32,000 bases of DNA from Phycisphaera mikurensis NBRC 102666 (lineage in GTDB: Bacteria; Planctomycetota; Phycisphaerae; Phycisphaerales; Phycisphaeraceae): assembly GCF_000284115.1 (NCBI RefSeq), contig NC_017080.1:1710001-1742000 (forward strand). Direction: 5' to 3'. Every line of letters starts with the position of its first letter. Position 1 is the first letter of the stretch. The translations under genes and the position numbers were made by a program. Below are positions 23,076 to 30,994 of this stretch, one piece after another. The notes beneath the pieces are model-generated. The model saw only the letters and a list, made by a program, of their open reading frames with translations, did no database searches and was not told where the DNA came from.

Positions 23076-24386
23076 TCAGCGGGTGTAGTAGCCGATCAGG
23101 TCCAGGAAGCGGTTCTGGTTCAGCACCGGGATCGTGTAGCGCTCGGCCTGGGCCAGCAGGTCGGTCAGCGAGTTGTAGGTCTGGAGGGCCTGGTTGTACT
23201 CCTTGATCCGGACCGGGTTGGTCTTCTCGCTGCCGACCAGCTCGCGGGGCAGCTGCGGCGGCTCGCCGAGCACGAGGTAGTCGACGTCGAAGTCCAGGCC
23301 CTCCGCCACCTCCGCCCCGTACCGCTCGATCATGCTGCGGATCCGCTGCCGCTCGACCTCGGTGGCGTTGCCGTCCCCGTCGACGTCGAAGTCGCCGAAG
23401 GCGAAGAACTTGAGGTCGCGCTGCGGGTCGAAGGCGATGTTGACCAGCGGGTCGCCGACGGACACGCGGGCGTTGGGCTGGCGCTCGACGACCCGCACCG
23501 TGGCGGTGCCGGGAGCGAGCTCGAACACCTCGACCACGGCCTTGGGCGGCACGTCCTCGGCGCCGCCCTCCTCGACCTCGAGCTTCACGAGCGAGGAAGG
23601 GTTGTAGACGCCGAAGGTCATCCCCAGCTGGACGCGCTGGTTGCTCCCGATGTTGAGGTAGGCGGCGCTGCCGTTGTCGACGACCGACACCACGCGTCCG
23701 TCGGGCACGGCCACGCGTGCGATCCGCTCGGCCTGCCGCTGCGTCGCTTGATCGAGAGCGGCCACCGCGTCGTCGAGCTCGCGCTGGGCCGCGGACAGCT
23801 CGATCTGGAGCTGGTCGATGCGTCCCTGCAGGTCGTTGCGGGCCTCGCCCATCGTGCCGGTGAGCGACTGCCGCATGTCGGCGAGGTCGCTGCGGAGCTG
23901 CTCGTTCACCTCGGCGGCGCGGTCGACGTCGGCCTTGAGCCCGGCGGCCTGCTGGTCGTAGGTGGCCCGCAGCGAAGCGGTCTCGGCGGCGGCGGCCTCG
24001 GCCCGCTGGTTCGCCTGCTCGGCCCGGGATTCCTGCTCGGCGAAACGGGTCTTGAAGCCTTCGAGCTCGGTGCGGGCGGCGCGGAGGTCGTCGTTGGTGC
24101 GAGCGGCTTCCTGCTCGGCCGCCCGCAGCCGCTCGAGCAGCTCGCCCACCACGGAGGTGCGGTTCTGCTGGGCGGCGGTGCGGGCCTCGGCGATGGCGGG
24201 CAGCTGCGTCTCGCCGGGGCTGACGTAGGCGCCGAGGTCGTTCTGGGCCGCCGCCAGCTCCTCCTGCACCCCGCCGGCGCGGGCGTAGAGGACGATCGCC
24301 AGGATGCCGCAGACGCCGAAGCCGGCGGCGAGGGCGGTGATGGCCCAGGCGGCCGAAGAGTTGCCGCCGGTGCGGGCACGAGCCAT
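23076..24386 (-). CDS. membrane-anchored coiled-coil protein with a BRCT-like C-terminal region (hypothetical)
   Basis: N-terminal TM helix (AAWAITALAAGFGVCGILAIVLY), ~200 aa of heptad-like E/Q/A/R-rich sequence, and a beta-rich middle. The C-terminus KFFAFGDFD...IRSMIERYGAEVAEGLDFDVDYLVLGEPP...IPVLNQNRFLDLIGY resembles BRCT motif spacing. Confidence 0.75.
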   Translation of the reverse strand: MARARTGGNSSAAWAITALAAGFGVCGILAIVLYARAGGVQEELAAAQNDLGAYVSPGETQLPAIAEARTAAQQNRTSVVGELLERLRAAEQEAARTNDDLRAARTELEGFKTRFAEQESRAEQANQRAEAAAAETASLRATYDQQAAGLKADVDRAAEVNEQLRSDLADMRQSLTGTMGEARNDLQGRIDQLQIELSAAQRELDDAVAALDQATQRQAERIARVAVPDGRVVSVVDNGSAAYLNIGSNQRVQLGMTFGVYNPSSLVKLEVEEGGAEDVPPKAVVEVFELAPGTATVRVVERQPNARVSVGDPLVNIAFDPQRDLKFFAFGDFDVDGDGNATEVERQRIRSMIERYGAEVAEGLDFDVDYLVLGEPPQLPRELVGSEKTNPVRIKEYNQALQTYNSLTDLLAQAERYTIPVLNQNRFLDLIGYYTR

Positions 24387-24631
24387 GTGGAGGTTCCTGT
24401 CGGGGATCGATGCGGGAGGTGGGTCGGCTTCGGCCTTCCGGGTGTCGTCCGGAGTGTAAAGAAGGAGGCGCAGCGGTGCGGGCGCGGCTCCGGCCCGGCC
24501 CGGCGCCGCACCTCCAACCGCACCCGGGCCCGCACCGGATGCAAATGATTATCGTCTTCGGGGCCTCGGACTTACGGCCCGAGCCAGAGGCCGCGTCAGC
24601 GGAAAATCTCACGAGCGGAAGGCAGAGCACC

Positions 24632-26335
24632 ATGGCAGGATTCATCCGATTCGCGTGCGGGAACTGCGGATCGACGATGAAGGTTCCCGCGGCGTACGCC
24701 GGCAAGCGGGTGAAGTGCCCGGGTTGCCAGCAAGCGGCTCCGGTGCCAACGCCCCGCACCGCGGGCGCCGCGGCCTCGGAGCTGTCGGCGCTGGACCTCT
24801 CGCTGCTGGACGCCGACGACGGCGGGGGTGGCGCCGGCGCCGCGCCGCGCCGCATCCGCGACCTGTTGATCGGCTGCGGGGCTTGCGGCAAGAGCGTGAA
24901 GATCCCCGAGAACCGCTGCGGCACGGTGGTGCGGTGCCCCAAGTGCACGACGCCGCTGAAGGTCGATTGCCCGCCCCCCCCGCCGGGTTCCGGCAAGACG
25001 ATCGACTTCCGCCACCTCTCGCTGGATCCGGTGGACGAGCCCTCGCTGGCGGGTGCCGACGGGTCGCTGGCGGGGTCGATCGCTGGGCTCACCGCCGGGG
25101 CGACGGCAATGGGCGGGGCCTCGGGGGCATTCGGGTTGAAGCTCGACGACACCGGCGGCGGGAGTTCCGCGGGTTCGGCTTCGGGCGGATCCACGAGCGG
25201 CCGCGACCAGATGGCGGAGCTGCGGACTCTCAACGACTTGCGTGCCGAGGGCTCGATCAGCAAGGACGAATACAAGAAGCGGCGGGCGGAGGTGATGACC
25301 GGCGGATCGGCGACGGCCTCCGCCGCACGGGCGGCCACCAGCCGCGCGGTGGGGGGCGTGCGGACCGAGTCGCTGCAGGTGAAGAAGGGCTTCAGCCTGC
25401 CGTGGCCGGTGAAGGCCGCGGCGGTGCTCGCGGTCGTGGGCGGCGTCTTCTACGGCGTCTGGATCCTCGGGATCGCCCCGCTGCTCGAGGAGCCGCGGGT
25501 CGTGGAGGAAGCCGACGAAAGGCCCGCGGTGGTGGCGGCGACGCCGGCCGTGGAGGACGACACGCCCGAGGCGGTCGAGCCCGAGCCCGAGCTTGCGGCC
25601 GAGCCGGAGGGCCCGCCGGAGATCCTGATGGTGACGCCGGGGGTTCCGGTGCAGCCTTGGGCGCCGGCCGGGGCGGAGCCCACGACGCGGCTCGCGGCGG
25701 CGTTCGAGCAGGTGGAGCCGGCCGGGGACGACCCGGCGGGGCCGGCGGGGCAGATCGCGCAGCGGATCGCGGAGTCGCAGCAAGCGGCGGCGGCGGCACA
25801 GAACCCGGCCCCGATCCCGGACCCGTCCCAGCCGACCCCCGAACCGGGCTCGACCCCCGGGCCCGCGGTGCCGGGCGAGGCGGGCGGCGTGGCCTTCTGG
25901 CCGGTGATGTACCCCGAGGTCCGAAGCCGGAACCCGCTGGCGACCCGCAGCGCCAAGACGCTGCGCATGACCGACCAGCGCGGCCAGGCGGACATCGGGG
26001 TGATCGTCGGCCCGGCGATCCCCGAAGGCGTCGAGGGCGAAGCCTTCCGTGGGTTCCAGTGGAGCCTCCAGCGCGAGCTGGTGGACGGGCTGAACCGCGA
26101 GGGCGTCTACGCGGACAGCATCATCTCGCCCGGGGAGCGCATGCAGCGGTACGGCGACCGCTGGGAGGCTCTGGTGACCAGCGTCCGCCGACGGTCGGTG
26201 GCGGCCCGCGGCAAGGTCATCTCCATCGGCATCGGGGAGCAGGGCGGGCGGGCGGTGGCCTATTGGTTCGCCGGCGACAGCGCGCTGCTCAACGACTACG
26301 AGCGTGAAGCTGTGGGCTCCGCCGTGCTTCAGTGA
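24632..26335 (+). CDS. double zinc-ribbon / SHOCT-domain membrane protein (hypothetical)
   Basis: CGNCGSTMKV...KCPGCQQ and CGACGKSVKI...RCPKCTT form two zinc ribbons. LRTLNDLRAEGSISKDEYKKRRAEVM is SHOCT-like. There is one TM helix (AAAVLAVVGGVFYGVWILGIAPLL) and a ~170-aa unassigned C-terminal domain. Confidence 0.8.
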   Translation: MAGFIRFACGNCGSTMKVPAAYAGKRVKCPGCQQAAPVPTPRTAGAAASELSALDLSLLDADDGGGGAGAAPRRIRDLLIGCGACGKSVKIPENRCGTVVRCPKCTTPLKVDCPPPPPGSGKTIDFRHLSLDPVDEPSLAGADGSLAGSIAGLTAGATAMGGASGAFGLKLDDTGGGSSAGSASGGSTSGRDQMAELRTLNDLRAEGSISKDEYKKRRAEVMTGGSATASAARAATSRAVGGVRTESLQVKKGFSLPWPVKAAAVLAVVGGVFYGVWILGIAPLLEEPRVVEEADERPAVVAATPAVEDDTPEAVEPEPELAAEPEGPPEILMVTPGVPVQPWAPAGAEPTTRLAAAFEQVEPAGDDPAGPAGQIAQRIAESQQAAAAAQNPAPIPDPSQPTPEPGSTPGPAVPGEAGGVAFWPVMYPEVRSRNPLATRSAKTLRMTDQRGQADIGVIVGPAIPEGVEGEAFRGFQWSLQRELVDGLNREGVYADSIISPGERMQRYGDRWEALVTSVRRRSVAARGKVISIGIGEQGGRAVAYWFAGDSALLNDYEREAVGSAVLQ

Positions 26336-26427
26336 GAAGGCCCGCGTAGATTTCGAGCCGCCCGTAGACTCGCCGCATCGCCGCGCTCGCCCCGCCCCCG
26401 CCCCGCCACGCCGCCGGAACGCTCGCG

Positions 26428-27441
26428 TTGCGGGTGTTGCCGGAGGCTCCACCGTCCGCCGACGCCGGGCCGGCGCTGCGGGACAGCAGCGGGCGGGGCG
26501 TGCATTACCTGCGCATCTCCGTCACGGGCAACTGCTCGATGCGGTGCGGCTACTGCCGGCCCGGCGTCGACGCCAACCAACCCGAGCCCGGACGCTTGAA
26601 CGCGGGGGAGATCCGCTTCCTGGTCGACCACCTGCACCGCCGCGGCGGCCTGCGGAAGGTCCGGCTGACCGGCGGCGAGCCGACGACCCGGCGCGACCTG
26701 CCGGAGCTGGTGCGGGCGGTGCGGGACGCGGGCGTGGAAGAGGTGGCGATCACGACCAACGGGCTGACGCTGGAGCGAGACGCGGCGCGGCTCGCCGCCG
26801 CGGGGCTCTTCCGCTTGAACGTCAGCCTCGACACGCTCGACGCCGGGCGCTTCGCGACGCTGACGGGCGTGGACGGGCTGGCGCGGGTGCTCCGCGGGAT
26901 CGAGGCGGCGCGGGCGGAACTGCCCGGGCCGGTGAAGCTCAACGCGGTCGTCATCGCCGGCCACAACGACGGCGACGACCTGCTGGGCCTCGCCCGCTAC
27001 GCGGCGGAGCGGGGGCTGGCCCTCCGCTTCATCGAGCTGATGCCGATGGGCCCGCTCGCCGGGGCTTGGGCCGGCCGCTACGTGCCGGCCGCGGCGATGA
27101 AGGCGACGCTGCGGGCGGCGGGCGTCGGGCTCGAAGCGCTGCCCGAGACCGCCGACGCCGCGCGCCGCTTCCGGGCGGAGCTGCCCGGCGGCGGCGTCGC
27201 CGACCTGGGCTTCATCACGCCGATGAGCTGCAACTTCTGCTCGGCGTGCGACCGGCTGCGGGTGTCGGCCGACGGCGACCTGCACCCGTGCCTGATGGAC
27301 GCCCCGCGCGGCAACGCGGCCGAGGCCCTCCGCCGCCGGGACGCGGACGGCCTGGACCGGCTGCTGGAAGCCGCCTTCGCGATAAAGGCCGCCGAGCACC
27401 CCGAGGCGGGGCCCGCCGTCATGACCCGGATGGGCGGCTGA
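26428..27441 (+). CDS. moaA: GTP 3',8-cyclase (molybdenum cofactor biosynthesis protein A)
   Basis: Radical SAM motif CSMRCGYCRP, GGEPT and the C-terminal cluster CNFCSACDRLRVSADGDLHPCL. Candidate starts are TTG 26428, GTG 26434 and TTG 26437. Confidence 0.9.
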   Translation: MRVLPEAPPSADAGPALRDSSGRGVHYLRISVTGNCSMRCGYCRPGVDANQPEPGRLNAGEIRFLVDHLHRRGGLRKVRLTGGEPTTRRDLPELVRAVRDAGVEEVAITTNGLTLERDAARLAAAGLFRLNVSLDTLDAGRFATLTGVDGLARVLRGIEAARAELPGPVKLNAVVIAGHNDGDDLLGLARYAAERGLALRFIELMPMGPLAGAWAGRYVPAAAMKATLRAAGVGLEALPETADAARRFRAELPGGGVADLGFITPMSCNFCSACDRLRVSADGDLHPCLMDAPRGNAAEALRRRDADGLDRLLEAAFAIKAAEHPEAGPAVMTRMGG

Positions 27442-27713
27442 TGGCGTCCGCGGCGCCGAGCGAAGCGAAGATCCGCGTCCGGCTCTTCGGCGTGCAGGCC
27501 GAGCGTGCCGGCCGCGGTTCCGTGTGCGTCCGCGTGTCGCCCGGCGCCACCACCCTCGGCGACCTCCGCGGGCTCATCGCCGCCGCCGAGCCGTCGCTCG
27601 CCGCGTCGCTGCCGGCGAGCCGCTTCGCGGTGGACCACGCCTACGCGGCGGAAGACCGCACGCTCGCCGGCGACGAAGAGGTGGCGCTCATCGGGCTCGT
27701 GGGCGGCGGCTGA
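27441..27713 (+). CDS. moaD: molybdopterin synthase sulfur-carrier subunit
   Basis: ATG overlaps the moaA stop (TGATG). The product is 90 aa with a ubiquitin-like pattern, ending ...IGLVGGG (C-terminal Gly-Gly). Confidence 0.85.
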   Translation: MASAAPSEAKIRVRLFGVQAERAGRGSVCVRVSPGATTLGDLRGLIAAAEPSLAASLPASRFAVDHAYAAEDRTLAGDEEVALIGLVGGG

Positions 27714-28102
27714 TGGAGGCCGTCGCCGTGCATCTGGTGGAGGGGCCGCTGGCGGCCGCCGCGGACGGCGGCCGCGGCGCGGGCCGGAGCGGGGCGGTGG
27801 TGCTCTTCGAGGGCGTGGTCCGCGGATCCGAGGGCGGGCGGCCGCTGCGGTGCCTGCGCTACGAGGCGTACGAGCCGATGACCACGGCCGAGCTGCAGCG
27901 GCTGGGCGGGGCGGTGGTCGGCGAGTTCGGGCTGCAGGCGCTCGGGGTGTGGCACAGCGTCGGGGAGGTCGGCGTCGGCGAGGTGTCGTTCCGGCTGCGC
28001 GTCCGGTCGGCGCACCGGGCGGAGGCGCTGGCCGCGGCGTCGGCCTTCATCGACCGGATGAAGGCCGACGTGCCCCTGTGGAAGGTCCCGGCGTTCGGGT
28101 GA
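27713..28102 (+). CDS. moaE: molybdopterin synthase catalytic subunit
   Basis: ATG overlaps the moaD stop. HSVGEVGVGEVSFRLRVRSAHRAEALAAASAFIDRMKADVPLWK matches the conserved MoaE C-terminal region. Confidence 0.85.
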   Translation: MEAVAVHLVEGPLAAAADGGRGAGRSGAVVLFEGVVRGSEGGRPLRCLRYEAYEPMTTAELQRLGGAVVGEFGLQALGVWHSVGEVGVGEVSFRLRVRSAHRAEALAAASAFIDRMKADVPLWKVPAFG

Positions 28103-28122
28103 GCCCGGGCCGGCTCCTGTCG

Positions 28123-29337
28123 ATGGTGTCGCCGGAGGAGGCCGCGGCCGCGGTCTGCGATCGGCTGGCGGCGGTCGGCTCGGAGCGGGTGGCCCACGCG
28201 CAGCTGCCCGGCCGCGTGCTGGCCGGCCCCGCCACCGCCGACCGCGACTCGCCGCCGGCGGACGTGTCGGCGATGGACGGCTACGCGCTCCGCGCAGCCG
28301 ACGCGCCCCCGCCGGGGGGTGACGCGTGGCTGCCGGTCGCCGGGGAGGTGCGGATCGGCGAAGCGCCGCCGCCGCTGCCCACCGGGGCGGCGCTCCGCGT
28401 GTTCACCGGCGGGGCGGTGCCGGCGGGCGCCGACGCGGTGGTGCCGCGGGAGCTGCTGGAGGAGGAGGCGGAACCCGGCGGCGGGCGCGGCGGCCGCATC
28501 CGCTGGCTCGCCGGCTCACCCGCTCCGGTCGTGGGCCGCCACATCCGCCGACGCGGCGAGAACGCCCGCGCCGGCGACGTTGTGCTCCCGGTCGGCGTCG
28601 AGGCCACGCCCGCCGTCGTCGCCACGCTGGCCGCCTTCGGCGCGGCGCCGCCGGTCCGCCGGCGTGTCCGCGTCGCGATCCGCGTGACCGGCGACGAGCT
28701 GCACGCCGCCGACGCCGCCGTGCTCCCGCCGCTGGGCATCCGCGACGGCAACGGCCCGGTGATGGCCGCGTTCGTGGCCGGCCTGCCGTGGGCGGAGGTG
28801 GTCTCCATCGAGCGGGTGCCCGACGACCGCGACGCCACGACGCTGTCCATCGCCTCGGCCCTGGAAGCCTCCGACGCCGTGCTGCTCTCCGGCGGCGTCT
28901 CCATGGGCGACCACGACCACGTGCCCGCCGCCTGCGTCGCCGCCGGCTGCACGCCGGTGTACCACCGCCTCGCGATGCGGCCCGGCAAGCCCAACTTCGG
29001 CGCCGCCGGCCCGGCGGGCCAAGCCGTGCTGGGTCTCCCCGGCAACCCGGTCTCCGTGCTCGCGGGCCTCCGCGTGCTCACTCTTCCCGCGCTCCGCCGC
29101 CTCGCCGGCTTCGCCGCGCCGCAACCCCCGCGCCTGCGCGTCGCGGTCGCGCCCGACGACGCCAAGACGCTCCCGCTCTGGCACTACCGCCCCGCGCGGA
29201 TCGGCTTCGACGGCCGGGCCCACCCGCTGGCCCACCGCGGCAGCGGCGACGTCGCCGGCCCCGCCGCCATGCACGGCTTCGTGGAGATCCCGCCGGGCGA
29301 AGCCGCCGAGGCCCGGCCGCGCCGCTGGTTCGCCTGA
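28123..29337 (+). CDS. moeA: molybdopterin molybdotransferase
   Basis: SAMDGYALR, FTGGAVPAGADAVV, LLSGGVSMGDHD, MRPGKP and LPGNPVS are present. ATG 28123 is preferred; GTG 28099 (overlapping the moaE stop) is possible. Confidence 0.9.
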   Translation: MVSPEEAAAAVCDRLAAVGSERVAHAQLPGRVLAGPATADRDSPPADVSAMDGYALRAADAPPPGGDAWLPVAGEVRIGEAPPPLPTGAALRVFTGGAVPAGADAVVPRELLEEEAEPGGGRGGRIRWLAGSPAPVVGRHIRRRGENARAGDVVLPVGVEATPAVVATLAAFGAAPPVRRRVRVAIRVTGDELHAADAAVLPPLGIRDGNGPVMAAFVAGLPWAEVVSIERVPDDRDATTLSIASALEASDAVLLSGGVSMGDHDHVPAACVAAGCTPVYHRLAMRPGKPNFGAAGPAGQAVLGLPGNPVSVLAGLRVLTLPALRRLAGFAAPQPPRLRVAVAPDDAKTLPLWHYRPARIGFDGRAHPLAHRGSGDVAGPAAMHGFVEIPPGEAAEARPRRWFA

Positions 29338-29397
29338 GCCCCACGCCCCGGCCGGGACGCGGACCGGCTGGAGAAGCCCCCGCGCGTACCCTGCGAC

Positions 29398-30894
29398 ATG
29401 GCCGCTCCGACGTTCAGCTCGCTGCTCCATCGCGACCTCGGCCTCACCGCCGTCGCCGACGGGAGGAAGCGGCTCCGCCCCGAGGAGGGCCTCGCGCTCC
29501 TGAAGGAGGCTCCGCTGCCGGCGCTCGGCCGGCTCGCCTCCGCCGCGGCCGAACGCATCCACGGTGACCGGCTGCGGACGTACGTGATCGACCGCAACAT
29601 CAACTACACGAACGTCTGCACCGCGGCCTGCACGTTCTGCGCCTTCAAGCGGAACCTCAACGACGCCGACGCCTACGTGCTCGGCGAGGCGGCGATCCAC
29701 GCGAAGGTCCAGGAGCTCGTCGACATCGGCGGCAACCAGGTCCTGCTGCAGGGCGGGATGCACCCGGACCTGCCGCTCGGCTTCTACACCGGCATGCTCA
29801 GCGGCCTGAAGAAGGCCTTCCCGCAGGTCCACCTGCACGCCTTCAGCCCGCCGGAGTTCGTCGAGTTCGTCGCGGTGCTGGAGGTGGACGGCTTCCCCAC
29901 CGCCCGCCCCGGCCGCGGCGAGACGCTCGGCCGCGGTGCCTGGCTCGCGAAGCTCGAGGCCGTGATGCGGGAGCTGATGGCGGCCGGGCTGGACAGCCTC
30001 CCCGGCGGCGGCGGCGAGATCTTCGGCCCCCACGTGCGGCACCGCATCGGCCCGGGCAAGGCCAGCGGCGCCCAGTGGCTGGACGTGATGGAGACGGCCC
30101 ACCGCGTCGGCATGAGGACCTCGGCCACCATGATGTTCGGGCACCTGGAGGGCCGGATGGACCGGATCCAGCACATGGACGCGGTGCGTTCGCGGCAGGA
30201 CCGGGCCATCGAGGCGGATCTTCCCGGCCGGTACCTCTCCTTCATCTCGTGGCCGTACCAGCGCGAGAACACGCCGCTGGACCGCCTGCCCGACCACGAC
30301 CCGCTCGCGGAGAAGCGCGGCGGCGAGCCCTTCCCCGGTGACGTCCTCGCCGAGGCCGTTGCCCGCGGCGAAGTCGATCCGGAGGACCGCGCGGCCTGCC
30401 GCCGCGTCGCGCCCGGAGCCGGCAAGGTCCTGCGGACGGCCGGCGGCACGGAGTACCTCCGCACGCAGGCCGTCTCGCGGCTGTACCTCGACAACATCCA
30501 CTCGATCGGCAGCAGCTGGGTGACGATGGGCCCGCGGATCGGGCAGCTCGGCCTCCTGTACGGGGCCAACGACATGGGCAGCGTGATGATGGAGGAAAAC
30601 GTCGTCTCGGCCGCCGGCACCACCTACTGCCTGAACGAGGCGACGCTGTGCCGGCTCGTCCGCGACGCCGGGTTCGTGCCCGCCCAGCGGAACAACCGCT
30701 ACGAGGTCCTCCAGGAGCACCCCGACACCCCCGACGCCCCCGATCGCAGGATCGACGACTGGTCGACGCAGCGGCCCCGGGCCCAGCGGGCGGCCTTCGA
30801 ACCCGGCGTGAAGGCGGAGGCGAAGGACGGGCCGGCCACCGTTCCGCTGACCGTCACCGCCGGGCACGTGCAGGCCGCGCCCGCGCTCGCCTGA
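29398..30894 (+). CDS. radical SAM enzyme of the MqnC/MqnE (futalosine-pathway menaquinone) / CofH-like family
   Basis: NINYTNVCTAACTFCAF (CxxxCxxC), VLLQGGMHP, HLHAFSPPE, GLDSLPGGGGEIF, SATMMFGHLE and YGANDMGSVMMEENVVSAAG are present. I cannot separate MqnC from MqnE by eye. Confidence 0.8.
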   Translation: MAAPTFSSLLHRDLGLTAVADGRKRLRPEEGLALLKEAPLPALGRLASAAAERIHGDRLRTYVIDRNINYTNVCTAACTFCAFKRNLNDADAYVLGEAAIHAKVQELVDIGGNQVLLQGGMHPDLPLGFYTGMLSGLKKAFPQVHLHAFSPPEFVEFVAVLEVDGFPTARPGRGETLGRGAWLAKLEAVMRELMAAGLDSLPGGGGEIFGPHVRHRIGPGKASGAQWLDVMETAHRVGMRTSATMMFGHLEGRMDRIQHMDAVRSRQDRAIEADLPGRYLSFISWPYQRENTPLDRLPDHDPLAEKRGGEPFPGDVLAEAVARGEVDPEDRAACRRVAPGAGKVLRTAGGTEYLRTQAVSRLYLDNIHSIGSSWVTMGPRIGQLGLLYGANDMGSVMMEENVVSAAGTTYCLNEATLCRLVRDAGFVPAQRNNRYEVLQEHPDTPDAPDRRIDDWSTQRPRAQRAAFEPGVKAEAKDGPATVPLTVTAGHVQAAPALA

Positions 30895-30948
30895 TGCGGT
30901 CGAGGGCCACCCGCGCCGCGTTTGGGGAGGCGGATTCCGCCCACCACC

Positions 30949-30994
30949 CCGCGGACCGCCGCCGCCCAGCACCCGAACGACCGGCGGTCCGCGG
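30949..30994. repeat. 46-bp inverted-repeat element copy 7 (intergenic, 55 nt after the mqn-family stop)
   Basis: Exact arms at 30949-30958 and 30985-30994. The stem extends inward to 13 bp (30949-30961/30982-30994). Confidence 0.9.

Noticed and set aside
26336-26427. Possible molybdenum-cofactor riboswitch upstream of moaA.
   Set aside because: The spacer is only about 90 nt and I could not recognise the conserved Moco-motif helices by eye. It needs an Rfam scan, so I make no claim.
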